The position numbers were made by a program, and so were the translations under genes. Below the pieces are notes generated by a model. That model did no database searches, was not told where the DNA came from, and worked only from the letters and a program-made list of their open reading frames with translations. A stretch of 64,000 bases of DNA. Source: Candidatus Latescibacterota bacterium (GTDB lineage: Bacteria > Latescibacterota > UBA2968). The stretch lies in contig OZ242311.1 in assembly GCA_965207885.1 (NCBI GenBank), positions 4,256,001 to 4,320,000 on the forward strand, read 5' to 3'. Shown here piece after piece: positions 48,997 to 59,689 of the stretch (its first letter is position 1; every line of letters starts with the position of its first letter).

Positions 48997-50402
48997 CAAC
49001 CCCGCGCTCCTTTTTGTACCGCATCGCCCACAATACTCACCTCGTCATCTCTGATCGTGCGCAAATCCAGAAATAACTGGTCACCGCGCACATAGCAAAT
49101 AACGGGCGGATCATAGCGGCGCAACGCATTGGAAAGGGACAAAATATCGCCACCGGAAATTGCGACTGCAACACTCGGAATATTTTCCAAAGGCAGCGCA
49201 CCACTGCCAGTTTGTGCCTGAGAATCGACCAGTTCACATGAAAAACCCTCAAGTTCACCGATCATCCGCAACAACCGCCGACCACGCCGCTCAAGCATTC
49301 CCACAGGCTCCGTCAACATGCGAAGTGTGGGATGTTCGCGCGCCAATGCCTCTGGATTTAAAAACAACTTCAACGTCGCCTCCAGCGCGGCATACGTCAG
49401 CTTTCCACAACGCAACGCGCGCATCAAGGGATTTTTGCGAATCTGTTCTACGACATTTTGTTTCCCCACAATAATCCCACACTGCGGCCCACCGAGAACC
49501 TTGTCACCACTAAACATCACCACATCTGCCCCGGCGGAAATACTATCAGATACCAGCGGCTCGTAGGGCAATCCGTAATCCCGCAAATTGACCAGCACAC
49601 CGCCGCCCAAATCGTGCGCCACAGGCACGCCGCGTTGTCGTCCCAACACCACCATATCTTCCAGTGCTACTTCGGCGGTAAATCCCATCACCCTGTAATT
49701 GCTCGGATGCACCGCCAGCATCACCCCCGTATTTTCCGTCAAAGCGTTTTCATAATCGCTCAAATGAGTGCGATTGGTCGTCCCCACCTCGACGAGTTGC
49801 GCCCCACTGCGCGACATAATATCGGGAATGCGGAACGATCCCCCAATTTCGACCAGTTGCCCGCGCGACACAATCGCCTCTTTGCCACCGGCCAGTGTAT
49901 TTAACGTCAACAAAACAGCCGCTGCATTGTTATTTGCAATCGCAGCGGCTTCGGCACCGGTCAACTCACACAGCAATTTTTCCACAAGCGTCGTACGCGA
50001 CCCGCGTTGTCCAGTCTCCAGATCCAACTCCAGATTGCTATACGAACCAGCAATATCGGCAATATGTTTCACCGCAACATCGGACAGCGGCGCGCGTCCC
50101 AAATTGGTATGCAGAATAACCCCAGTCGCATTCACAACACACCTGAGATTTGGCGCAAACCGTTCTGCTAACTCCCTCTCCACATCCCCAACAATCCATT
50201 CGGTCAACGCCTCACGCGACGCACCCACCGCCTTGCCATCGCGCATCATCCCCCGCACGCGATCTATCGCCCGTCGAATCATATCGGTCAAAACAGACGT
50301 CCCACAGCGCTTTGACAGCGTCTGAATCGCCTGTTCATTGAGCACCCCATCTACACCAGGGATAATTGAATAATCTACATTCTTTTTTAAATCACCATTC
50401 AT
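48996..50402 (-). CDS. selA: L-seryl-tRNA(Sec) selenium transferase
   Basis: NATGVILHTNLGRA, EIGGSFRIPD and FSGDKVLGGPQ motifs. Confidence 0.96.
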   Translation of the reverse strand: MNGDLKKNVDYSIIPGVDGVLNEQAIQTLSKRCGTSVLTDMIRRAIDRVRGMMRDGKAVGASREALTEWIVGDVERELAERFAPNLRCVVNATGVILHTNLGRAPLSDVAVKHIADIAGSYSNLELDLETGQRGSRTTLVEKLLCELTGAEAAAIANNNAAAVLLTLNTLAGGKEAIVSRGQLVEIGGSFRIPDIMSRSGAQLVEVGTTNRTHLSDYENALTENTGVMLAVHPSNYRVMGFTAEVALEDMVVLGRQRGVPVAHDLGGGVLVNLRDYGLPYEPLVSDSISAGADVVMFSGDKVLGGPQCGIIVGKQNVVEQIRKNPLMRALRCGKLTYAALEATLKLFLNPEALAREHPTLRMLTEPVGMLERRGRRLLRMIGELEGFSCELVDSQAQTGSGALPLENIPSVAVAISGGDILSLSNALRRYDPPVICYVRGDQLFLDLRTIRDDEVSIVGDAVQKGARG

Positions 50403-50413
50403 AGCCCACCGCC

Positions 50414-52030
50414 CTACGGCACAATCTTAAACGCAATCTCCTTCTTCACATCGCGATCCGCCAGCAAATCCGTCACTTTGACGCGGACTTCTTGACCGCC
50501 CGGCTCGGCGTCTTTCAAATCCAATTCGACATACGCCATATCCTCCGGGGTATCACCCGATTGCTCATAGGAAATCACCACTTCCCTGCGCTTCTCTTGC
50601 AAGCGCAACATACGACCCAATCCGCGCAGCGCGCGAATCGGCGCAAGCCCTTTTTCCTGAGCGCGAAAAGAATAATCCACGCGATACCTCGTCCGTCCAA
50701 ATTCATCGCGTTTCAAATTGTACACCTCAAAATAGACAAATGCATTTTGATCTGGGCGAAACGCCTTTGACGCCATTGGAATAATTTTTAATCCGCGTTT
50801 TTGAAACGGACCTTGCTCTTCACTCGGCCCAACAAAAAATGCGAGGGCAATATCGCTCATCAACAAATCATCGCGCTGCGAAAAATCTGATACGGCCAAT
50901 GCTTGCTGATACACCTGTGATTTTCCCGACACCACATCGCGGACCTGAAAAGAAAGATAGTGCAGCCCCGCTTCAACCTCAAACGCGAGCACACCCGGAA
51001 TAAACGCCCCATCCAACACTTGCTGGTCTGACGGCGCCTGAAATGTCAATTGATCCTGCAAGCGATAGACCTCTGTCCACAGGCTATCAAACATCGCAAG
51101 ACCCCGGTCCAGCATCACCTGATCGGTTTTTTCATCAATGGGCAACCGCGCCATTTCCTCCGCTGGCAATCCATAGTAGATTTCCAGCCGCGTCGCGCCA
51201 TCTTCGCCGCGAAACCCAGCGGGAAAATAATAAAAATCAACGGGAAGCTCGGCAATATCTGCATCGTAAACTGAGGGCTGATGCGCTGCCACTTGCCGCA
51301 AAACCACCTCACTCTGATACGCCAGCAAATCCGTTGTCAAAGACAGACTCAAGCCCTCGGGCATCGGTGCAAAATCATACCTGTCCCCCTTGCCGCGACG
51401 CACAAAATCAAACTCTGTACCGCCCTCCAAATCCGCATACACCCAGTATTCCCACCACGACATCGCCGGCACTGGGAAAATGGGTTGTCCTGGTCTGATT
51501 CTCAGAGCAATGCGTCTGCGATTCACGTAATTTTGCCGCGCATCCTGTATCTCACGATCTATCTCATTTTGAATATCGCCCGACTTGCTCGTGTGATCGG
51601 GTTTGCCAAACCGCACATAGACCTCGCCCCGATCATCCCACGGGAACTGTCCCTGACCGTAATATTGCCGCGCATACGCCACGCGTCGATAATGCTCAAT
51701 GAGCCGCTCATTTGCCTTTGTCAACGGCGAGGGATCCAGGCGTCGCCAAAAGCGGTCGATCAACTCTGCGCGTTTCTCTGTATCCGCATCCCGGTAAATT
51801 TCCAGATCATCGGGAAATGCCACCTGCGCCAAATCGCGATAGAGTGCCTGCTCTTCTTCTGACAGGTCTTTGATATACTCTTCAAACAGCGTCTGCGCCT
51901 TCGCATAATCCCGAACAGACTGCGCCTGAACCGCCTGAACCAATAGCGGATCGTCAAAACCGCCCTCCTGCGTCCAAAGCGTTGTACTCAACGCAAACAC
52001 CATCAGAAAACCCGTCAATATCGCCTGCAT
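50414..52030 (-). CDS. Exported GWxTD-domain protein
   Basis: FWRRLDPSP...NERLIEHYRRVAYA...PWDDRGEVYVRFGKPD; paralog of 8907-11261. Confidence 0.8.
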   Translation of the reverse strand: MQAILTGFLMVFALSTTLWTQEGGFDDPLLVQAVQAQSVRDYAKAQTLFEEYIKDLSEEEQALYRDLAQVAFPDDLEIYRDADTEKRAELIDRFWRRLDPSPLTKANERLIEHYRRVAYARQYYGQGQFPWDDRGEVYVRFGKPDHTSKSGDIQNEIDREIQDARQNYVNRRRIALRIRPGQPIFPVPAMSWWEYWVYADLEGGTEFDFVRRGKGDRYDFAPMPEGLSLSLTTDLLAYQSEVVLRQVAAHQPSVYDADIAELPVDFYYFPAGFRGEDGATRLEIYYGLPAEEMARLPIDEKTDQVMLDRGLAMFDSLWTEVYRLQDQLTFQAPSDQQVLDGAFIPGVLAFEVEAGLHYLSFQVRDVVSGKSQVYQQALAVSDFSQRDDLLMSDIALAFFVGPSEEQGPFQKRGLKIIPMASKAFRPDQNAFVYFEVYNLKRDEFGRTRYRVDYSFRAQEKGLAPIRALRGLGRMLRLQEKRREVVISYEQSGDTPEDMAYVELDLKDAEPGGQEVRVKVTDLLADRDVKKEIAFKIVP

Positions 52031-52248
52031 AACAACCACCTTGTAAAATGTAGGTATGCCATATAAATAGAATCTACCCCATAATCCCCCGACCCGCAAA
52101 GAAAATTTCCCTCATTTATTGACAAGCACCACACCTGCATGTATCTTTTTGGTCTATTTTTTAAAATACGCAAAAAACGTTTATTCCTCTCCTGTAACCT
52201 CGCATTTGTGATACGAGTTCCAATTTAATTTTTCAGAAGGAGTTCTCC

Positions 52249-53322
52249 ATGGCAGTTGCTGTTCAAAGTGGCATTGACAAAATCGCGGACTACCTCGGCA
52301 ATGAAGCCGACGACTTGCTCGATTATGAAGCACTGGTAAATAAAAACTTTCTCACACTACCCGGTCCCGACTTTATCGACCGGGTCTTTGCAGACTCTGA
52401 CCGCACCATTCCCGTACTCAACAACCTGCAACGCCTCTACGGTGCGGGACGGCTCTCGGACACCGGGTACATTTCCATTCTCCCCATTGATCAGGGCATC
52501 GAACACTCTGGCGGCGCGTCCTTTGCTCCCAACCCCATCTACTTTGACCCCGAAAACATCGTCAAACTCGCCATAGAAGGGGGCTGTAATGCCGTGGCAA
52601 CCACACTGGGCGTACTCGGGATGGTCGCCCGCCAATACGCCCATAAAATCCCCTTTATCCTCAAATTTAACCACAATCAATTACTCACGTACCCATCCCA
52701 ATACGACCAGGTCATATTTGGCCAGGTCGAACAAGCCTGGGAAATGGGATGTGCAGGTATGGGCGCCACAATTTATTTTGGCTCACCCGAATCCAACCGA
52801 CAAATTGTCGAAATCAGCGAAGCATTTGCCCGCGCACACGAACTGGGGCTATTTACCGTACTGTGGTGCTATTTGCGCAACTCGGCATTTGCAACCGACG
52901 ACATCGACTACCACGAAGCCGCGGACCTCACGGGACAGGCCAACCACCTCGGTGTCACCATTGGCGCAGACATCATCAAACAAAAATTGCCGACCAACAA
53001 CAACGGTTACACAGCCCTGAATTTTGGACGCACCCACGACAAAGTCTATACCGAACTCACATCTGATCACCCCATTGACCTGTGCCGCTATCAGGTCGTC
53101 AATTGTTACATGGGCAAAGCCGGACTGATCAATTCCGGGGGCGCATCCTCAGGCGCCAGTGATTATGCCGAAGCCGTGCGAACCGCTGTAATCAACAAAC
53201 GCGCCGGAGGCACCGGCCTCATCTCTGGGCGCAAAGCATTTCAACGCCCCATGCACGAAGGCATCCAACTCCTCAACGACATACAAGACGTCTATCTCTG
53301 CCCCGATGTAACCATCTCCTGA
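52249..53322 (+). CDS. fbaB: Class I fructose-bisphosphate aldolase (DhnA type)
   Basis: [26 protein letters not shown] and ISGRKAF motifs. Confidence 0.95.
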   Translation: MAVAVQSGIDKIADYLGNEADDLLDYEALVNKNFLTLPGPDFIDRVFADSDRTIPVLNNLQRLYGAGRLSDTGYISILPIDQGIEHSGGASFAPNPIYFDPENIVKLAIEGGCNAVATTLGVLGMVARQYAHKIPFILKFNHNQLLTYPSQYDQVIFGQVEQAWEMGCAGMGATIYFGSPESNRQIVEISEAFARAHELGLFTVLWCYLRNSAFATDDIDYHEAADLTGQANHLGVTIGADIIKQKLPTNNNGYTALNFGRTHDKVYTELTSDHPIDLCRYQVVNCYMGKAGLINSGGASSGASDYAEAVRTAVINKRAGGTGLISGRKAFQRPMHEGIQLLNDIQDVYLCPDVTIS

Positions 53323-53331
53323 TTCACGTAT

Positions 53332-53373
53332 AAAAAAAGCGGAGCTTTCGATCTGCCGAAGGCTCCGCTTTTT
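53332..53373. terminator. Bidirectional intrinsic terminator
   Basis: A7-GCGGAGCTTTCG...CGAAGGCTCCGC-T run, between convergent genes. Confidence 0.85.
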
Positions 53374-53392
53374 GTTTTATCTTCTCGGGCTC

Positions 53393-53830
53393 TCATTCAA
53401 CCAACTTCTCACCGTCGAAAATCATTTTATCCTTTTCGTAAATCGCACCCGTTTCTTCATCCAACTCGTACTTCATCAACTGCCCCATAGACATGTGGTT
53501 AAACACCTCTTTGGGATCGCCGTATTTTTCCAGCAATTTTTCAATTGGGCCTTCAAACTCATAGGTTCGGCGTTTGGGCCGTTCGCGCGCTCTGCGCTCG
53601 GATTCTTCCTTGCTCAAAATGGGCAATCGCTCGGCGGTGGGGCCCAATCGACTCGCGTATTCCTGCCGTCTGCGGTACTGATCGTGCCGCTTTTCAACTT
53701 CGTCCTTGTCCTCTTCTCGCTCCTTGTGACTGAGCAAATCTCCTTCCCGCTCTGACCACTTTTCCCGCTCGCGCTCGCGCACATCATCGCGGCCCACTTT
53801 TCGCATAATATCTCGCAGTGAATCACTCAT
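53393..53830 (-). CDS. Hypothetical highly charged protein (145 aa)
   Basis: ORF with SD GGAGG; R/E-rich. Confidence 0.7.
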   Translation of the reverse strand: MSDSLRDIMRKVGRDDVREREREKWSEREGDLLSHKEREEDKDEVEKRHDQYRRRQEYASRLGPTAERLPILSKEESERRARERPKRRTYEFEGPIEKLLEKYGDPKEVFNHMSMGQLMKYELDEETGAIYEKDKMIFDGEKLVE

Positions 53831-53998
53831 CTCTCAAACCCTCCAAAGCCAGACAAATTTAAGACTATCGAGTAACCAAAAAATAACGCACCACATCCCG
53901 CTTGTCAAAAGGTAAATCCCACTTTTAAAACATCGGGGTTGACGCGGACCCTCTTTGCATACATATTGCAGCCATACACACCCTGCGAAAGGAAATAC

Positions 53999-54784
53999 AT
54001 GTCCAACTTGGAGCAACTTATCAACATCATGGCGCAATTGAGAGGGCCTGCGGGCTGCCCGTGGGACAAAGAGCAAACGCACCAGAGTCTGAAACCCTAT
54101 CTCATCGAAGAAGCCTATGAACTCCTCGAGGCGATTGACTGCAATGACGATGGCGAAATCAAAGAAGAACTGGGCGACCTCTTGCTACAAGTCGTCTTTC
54201 ACGCGCAAATCGCCAGTGAAGAAAACCGATTTACCATAGACGATGTAGCCGAAGCCATCGCCGACAAACTCATCCGTCGTCATCCGCATGTTTTTGGCGA
54301 CACACAAGCCGACACACCCGACGAAGTCATCAAAAATTGGGAAGCCATCAAAGCCGAAGAAAAACCCAACAAAAAAGCCTCCCTGCTCGACGGAGTGCCA
54401 CAACACTTGCCGGCACTATTGAAAGCGCGCAGGCTCCAGGAAAAAGCTGCACGGGTGGGATTTGAATGGGAACACATAGCGGATGTGGCTCAAAAAGTAA
54501 GGGAAGAAACAGAAGAATTGATGCACGCACGAGAAACCGGCGCAACAGAAAAAATTCAAGAAGAATTTGGTGACTTGCTATTTGCCCTGGTCAATCTCGC
54601 TCGATTTCTCCAAATATGCCCTGAAGAAGCACTCATACAAACCAACAGAAAATTTCAATCGCGCTTCCAGTACATCGAAACCGAACTGTGCAAGCAGGGC
54701 AAAACACCTGATGACGCTACGCTTGAAGAAATGGACGCGCTGTGGGAAGCCGCAAAAAAAGAGAATCAGCCCCAAAAATCGTAG
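53999..54784 (+). CDS. mazG: Nucleoside triphosphate pyrophosphohydrolase
   Basis: GCPWDKEQT, EELGDLLLQVVFH and EEFGDLLF motifs. Confidence 0.95.
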   Translation: MSNLEQLINIMAQLRGPAGCPWDKEQTHQSLKPYLIEEAYELLEAIDCNDDGEIKEELGDLLLQVVFHAQIASEENRFTIDDVAEAIADKLIRRHPHVFGDTQADTPDEVIKNWEAIKAEEKPNKKASLLDGVPQHLPALLKARRLQEKAARVGFEWEHIADVAQKVREETEELMHARETGATEKIQEEFGDLLFALVNLARFLQICPEEALIQTNRKFQSRFQYIETELCKQGKTPDDATLEEMDALWEAAKKENQPQKS

Positions 54785-55278
54785 TGTGCAGACAATTCTA
54801 AAACGGGAATAGGAGCCGATTCCCAATCGTCAATCCAGCAAATAATGCTATCACATGCCATATAATCGAGATTTTCGCGCTCGAAATCACTGCTGCGCAA
54901 CACGGCGTGCGCTCGAACCGGCAATTCATTACTCGACAAAATATAATTGGGAAAAGCCTCCTGGGATTTGAGCACCTCAAATCCCAACTTGTCGTAAACC
55001 CGAATAAACAACTCGCGGACATTGGTCGCATTTCGCACAGCCGGATACGTCAAAAGTAGTTCTTGCTTAACAGGAGCCAGTTGTTTTTCAATAACATCAA
55101 GCGTACTCTGAGGAACCGTAACCGACTTTGCATTTTTGCGCTCCAATTCGGCTTCGACCCGCTTGAGAGCCAATTCTGCGACCTCTTTGGAATCGCTAAT
55201 TGACTTCCGCACGCGCTTGCCCTCTTCATCGTAATACCCGATCCACCACTTCTTTCCCCGCTGATAAAGCCACGCCAT
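54766..55278 (-). CDS. Integrase arm-type DNA-binding domain fused to a degenerate PD-(D/E)XK-like domain
   Basis: N-terminal LYQRGKKWWIGYYDEEGKRVRKS...KEVAELAL; C-terminal LGFEVLKSQEAFPN...S.DF...CDSIICWIDDW...PIPVLEL. Confidence 0.6.
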   Translation of the reverse strand: MAWLYQRGKKWWIGYYDEEGKRVRKSISDSKEVAELALKRVEAELERKNAKSVTVPQSTLDVIEKQLAPVKQELLLTYPAVRNATNVRELFIRVYDKLGFEVLKSQEAFPNYILSSNELPVRAHAVLRSSDFERENLDYMACDSIICWIDDWESAPIPVLELSAHYDFWG

Positions 55279-55531
55279 AGTTGTGCTCCCGCTGCAAAAC
55301 GTCAGTGTGTCTTATAGATAGCCACAAAAAATGAGAAAAACAATTTACTGCTGATATTATACAATATATTGTATATCGCTCTCAAAACAAAGCACAATAT
55401 ATAAAACAAAATGTGGCTAATAGCCACAAAACGTCCATCAAATAATAATCTAAGCCACACTTTTACGCAACAAAAAGAACACACCCCAGCATCAAAAATG
55501 CTGGAGTGTTCTTATAAGCTGACGATATCCC

Positions 55532-55559
55532 TTGACATTTCTTTAGACAATTGTACAAT
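55532..55559 (+). promoter_or_regulatory. Promoter with palindromic operator
   Basis: TTGACA, 16 bp, TACAAT; palindrome ATTGTACAAT over the -10. Confidence 0.5.
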
Positions 55560-55620
55560 CGAACACTTAGACGGGCTGCAGACGCACTCGGTATCAACCT
55601 CGTTAATTTGGAGGGGTAAG

Positions 55621-55866
55621 ATGGAAGTATATACGTACTCGGAAGCCAGACAAAAACTCTCCAGCGTACTCGACAAAGCTGAGTCAGCGGGTAAGGTCCT
55701 TATACGGAGAAAAGACGGTAGGACTTATGCCCTGATGCCAGAACGTCCCACCGTGTCACCACTGGATGTTCCTTCAATTGACGCAGACATCTCTACGCAG
55801 GACGTCGTCACACTTGTCAGGCAACAGAGGGGTAGAATAAGAGGGTGGCGTCAACGCGCCCAATAA
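55621..55866 (+). CDS. Phd/YefM-family antitoxin (no adjacent toxin)
   Basis: MEVYTYSEARQKLSSVLDKA...VLIRRKDG. Confidence 0.8.
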   Translation: MEVYTYSEARQKLSSVLDKAESAGKVLIRRKDGRTYALMPERPTVSPLDVPSIDADISTQDVVTLVRQQRGRIRGWRQRAQ

Positions 55867-55960
55867 CGCACGTTTGAATTTAGCCGCGATTCAGAACCTA
55901 AAGGGGAAAACACTTTCATTTTCCTATCAGGCATTTGCTACAGTTAAATTTTTTCTTTTG

Positions 55961-55984
55961 ATATATGTCATATTTGACATATAT
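55961..55984. promoter_or_regulatory. Palindromic operator of the HigBA-type TA operon
   Basis: ATATATGTCA-tatt-TGACATATAT, a perfect 10-bp inverted repeat just upstream of the toxin ATG. Confidence 0.7.
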
Positions 55985-55991
55985 TTCTTTT

Positions 55992-56327
55992 ATGAGTCCT
56001 CATGACAAACCTCTGGTATGGCTTCACGGACAAATCAAAACGCCTCCATTTTCTCCAGCAGCGAGAATTGAAGCAGGTTTTCTTCTGCGTAGTCTCCAAG
56101 CTGGTGAACTGCTTTCAATGCCCCAGGCCAGACCAATGCCCTCTATTGGAAGGCATTGTTACGAATTGAGAGTTCGAGATCAGAATGAGACCTGGCGAAT
56201 CATCTATCGCATTGATTCGGATGCCATCGTCATAGCAGAAGTTTTCACAAAAAGGACTCGTCAGACGCCCAAAAGAATCATTGATATTTGTAAAAGACGG
56301 CTACAACACTACGATTCGATAGGATGA
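55992..56327 (+). CDS. RelE/ParE (HigB/Gp49-like) toxin
   Basis: KPLVWLHG..KTPPFS, CYELRV, WRIIYR and FTKRTRQTP motifs. Confidence 0.88.
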   Translation: MSPHDKPLVWLHGQIKTPPFSPAARIEAGFLLRSLQAGELLSMPQARPMPSIGRHCYELRVRDQNETWRIIYRIDSDAIVIAEVFTKRTRQTPKRIIDICKRRLQHYDSIG

Positions 56328-56330
56328 CTC

Positions 56331-56645
56331 ATGAATACAAAAAAGAAAAAACTTCTCGAGGCTGCCGGATGGCGTGTGGGTTCAACAGACGATTTTCTGG
56401 ATCTGACCGACGAAGAAGCCGCTTACATTGATCTCAAAATCACGTTGAGCAAGAAAGTGCGTCAATGCCGTGAGCGAGAAAATTTGACCCAAACACAATT
56501 GGCCAAATATCTCAAATCCAGTCAATCTCGTGTTGCCAAAATCGAAGCGGGCGATCCCTCTGTTTCTGTAGATCTATTAATTCGATCCCTCTTCGCGCTT
56601 GGGGTCTCCAAATCCGAACTCGCCGAAATGCTCGTATCGCAATAG
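56331..56645 (+). CDS. XRE-family HTH antitoxin (HigA-like)
   Basis: LTQTQLAKYLKSSQSRVAKIEAGD. Confidence 0.88.
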   Translation: MNTKKKKLLEAAGWRVGSTDDFLDLTDEEAAYIDLKITLSKKVRQCRERENLTQTQLAKYLKSSQSRVAKIEAGDPSVSVDLLIRSLFALGVSKSELAEMLVSQ

Positions 56646-56754
56646 ACCGGTCGCCCAGGGCCGATTCACTGGCATGATGGCCCCCGTATAGGCCCCGTAA
56701 TGATTCTATACGGCAAGCTGCGTCAATCACAGGCTTGAAACCCAAGCCCTAAAA

Positions 56755-56780
56755 CTCTCCACCGAAGCGGGGTAACTCCA
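56755..56780. mobile_element. Possible IS3-family terminal repeat remnant
   Basis: ctctccaccgaagcggggtaactcCA resembles IS3-type right ends and sits at the edge of the duplicated PL6 segment; no transposase. Confidence 0.3.
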
Positions 56781-57110
56781 GTTTGCGTGCCGAACACGAC
56801 GCTTATTTACCGAAAGCATCGACAAACAGCAGAAAATCGCCAATCCCTATTGTGCCATCCCCATCCAGATCAAACCGCGCATCATATCCCGCATCGCCAC
56901 GACTTAATCCGAACCGGGTTGCAAACAGCAGAAAATCGCTAATGCCAACTGTCCCATCGCCATCAAAATCAGCCACTGGCGACTCCTCCGGAACACCAGT
57001 GACCACAGCATCGATGCCCACATCTGCCACTGTTAGAGGACCTCCGCCTTTCTCCTGAACTGGAAACTCTACGCAACCAATCGTCTTTCGCTCTCCGCGA
57101 GAATTTCCTA

Positions 57111-58047
57111 GGTAGTGTCTGAAAAGTCGTAAAGTATGTATTTTAGTTGCAGCATACGCCCTAAACCAAGGAGTATGATATGCAACGGAGATATGAACTG
57201 CGCGACGAGGCTTGGCATCTGATCCAAGACCTGTTCCCACCGCCGAAGAAGATGGGTCGTCCCCGTCGGGATGATCGTACATTATTCAACGGGATCTTCT
57301 GGATATTGTGTTCAGGTGCAGCTTGGCGCGACCTGCCAGAACGATATGGTCCTTGGCAGACAGCCTTTGACCGATTCTGCAAATGGAAACAGGATGGCAC
57401 CTTTGATCGCATTGTAGAAAAGCTACATCTCAAATTGGGTGAAGATGGTCTTTTAGATTATGCGACCTGGATGATGGATGCAACCCATATTCGAGCCACA
57501 CAAGCCGCGGCAGGAGCGAAAAAAAAAGGGCAAAAAGGGTGAAGAAGAGCCCCCAGATCACGCTTTAGGACGCTCTCGTGGCGGTTTGACCACGAAAATC
57601 CATCTTCTTTGCGATGCAGTCGGGCATCCTTTAGCAGTGGATCTTCTCCCTGGTAACCAGTCAGAATCCACACAGGCTGAAAGGCTACTGTCAAAGGTAT
57701 GCATACCCACCAAACGAGGGCGTCCAAGAAACCGACCCAAGTATCTGGTAGCTGATAAATCTTATGATGTCTCACGCATCAGAGTCTATCTACGCAAACG
57801 GGGTATCAAGGCTGCTATCCCAAACAAGGCGATTCCCAAAGGCAGAAAACGGCGTAAGAGAGGACCACGGCCTAAGTGTGATAAAAGATTATATGCCAAA
57901 CGCAATATCGTGGAGCGTCTCTTTGGTTGGCTTAAACACTGCCGACGGATTGTGACCCGATTTGAAAAAAAGGCGACTCATTTTCTCACTATGGTCAAGC
58001 TGGCCTGTATCAGACAACTCTTCAAAGCTTACTTTTCAGACACTACC
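57111..58047 (+). mobile_element. IS5-family insertion sequence (IS427-like group), 937 bp
   Basis: Perfect 17-bp TIRs GGTAGTGTCTGAAAAGT / ACTTTTCAGACACTACC; TA target duplication at 57109-10 and 58048-49. Confidence 0.95.
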
Positions 58048-58050
58048 TAA
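57180..58050 (+). CDS. IS5-family DDE transposase in two frames
   Basis: orfA 57180-57542 (GAAWRDLPERYGPWQT, MMDAT); orfB GRSRGGLTTKIH, ADKSYD, RNIVERLF; A9 run at about 57519-57527 at the junction (probable programmed frameshift). Confidence 0.9.
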
Positions 58051-59689
58051 GATATCGGTTGTTATATCTGGATAATACCCCTCTGCATTGCCAATCAGAC
58101 CACTGGATTCTCCCGGAGCAACAACCCCATTGGGCAGATAATCCACATCGATCCGCTCAACCTTTATCCCATCCCGATCAGGCATACCCAACTCGCCATC
58201 GGTGATATTCCCTTCCCAGGTGAAATTGACTGGCTCATCGTCCTGCACGAGTTCCACAGTCCTCTCAGATCTCTCCATCACAAAAGCATTATTCGCAATT
58301 ACACAATCCTTAGGTGCTATACCGTTGGGATACAGTCTGTGATTACGCCCTACAACCATCGCCGGACTACATCCCATAAATGTATTAAACGCGATCAGCG
58401 CGCGCTCCACCTGCACATAGTGCTTATCCATCGTCCCATCCCTTATACACACACCAAACGCATTGAGCGAGCGGAACAGATTGTTGACAACAACCTGATC
58501 CGTTCCCTGCAAGCACACACCGCCAGCACGTAGTTCACCCTCACCAAAAAAGAAATTCTCAGACACCACATTGCCATGCCCACTCCGAAGCGTCAGCGCC
58601 CCCCGGCAATCGCGAAACGTATTTCTACGGAGAATATTGCCATTGGACTTCACAGAAATGATCTCCGACTCACCGTTACAACGCTCGAAGAGATTGTACT
58701 CAATCACTGTCTCACAATCGCCCGGCTCAGGATCTTTAGGAGCACCCTCTGTAATCAGCTGAATCGTCTCGTACCCATTGTCTCCCCTGCCCTCTGGAAT
58801 ATCGACGAAGTGGTTATGATGGATGTGATGCCTCTCACCCTGATTGAAAACCTCAAACTGAATCAACTGGCAACCACTCATCTCAACGAGATTATTGGTC
58901 TTATTCTCAAATCGGCAACGCTCAATCTCCCGGCTCAGTGCACTGACGCGTATCCACTTGCCAACCTGAACATCGGTCATCACGCAGCGACTTATGCGAC
59001 AACCTCGACCGCGAATTTTTATGCTGCCCTTCTCCTCAAAGCGAAGACCTACGAGATTAATGTAATCTCCCTTTATTGATATGGGACCCTGTATAACGGC
59101 TTTCCCGATGTTTTTTGCCTGAATTGTGATGGGATGAGTAGTGGTACCCTTTGCTACCAACTCGCACACATCGCCATCATATACTCCGTCATCTAAGGTG
59201 ATTGTGTCGCCCGCCCGCGCGTCAGATACCCGGTGTTTAAGATCGGATAATGTCATAATTCCCGTGCGAAAGGTCAACGGTGGCACCGACGCATGCCCTA
59301 TGAGTAATACCTCGACCGTATTTTCTTTTGATGATCCCAATGTCAAGGTTGTCTGTGCTCTACCTACGGTATTGGTAGTGTCAGTGACGGTACTGAGTGA
59401 GCCACCACCTGAGGTGACGGTAAAAGACACCGGCACACCAGCAAATGTTTTATCCCTCTGATCCTGCACTTCCACAACAAATGGGGTCGCCAAAGCCGCA
59501 CCAGGCGTGCCATCCTGCACTTGCCCAGAGACTATGACCAACCTCGTCGGCGTGCGGGAATCGAAGCTCACGCTGACTCCGCGACTCTGAAGGGCGGGAA
59601 TGTGTGTATTGAGGGAAGGATAGCTCAGAGGGTTGCCTATCAAATAGACCTCGTCGCCATTTCCCAATCCCATGTTTACTACCAATGGC

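Noticed and set aside
55855-55900. attC-like start (gcccaataac) after the Phd gene
   Set aside because: No matching GTTRRRY end or inner L boxes, and no integron integrase in the window.
56803-57282. 159-aa ORF treated as an independent gene
   Set aside because: Chimera of antisense IS sequence and the detached 3' end of the PL6-like gene.
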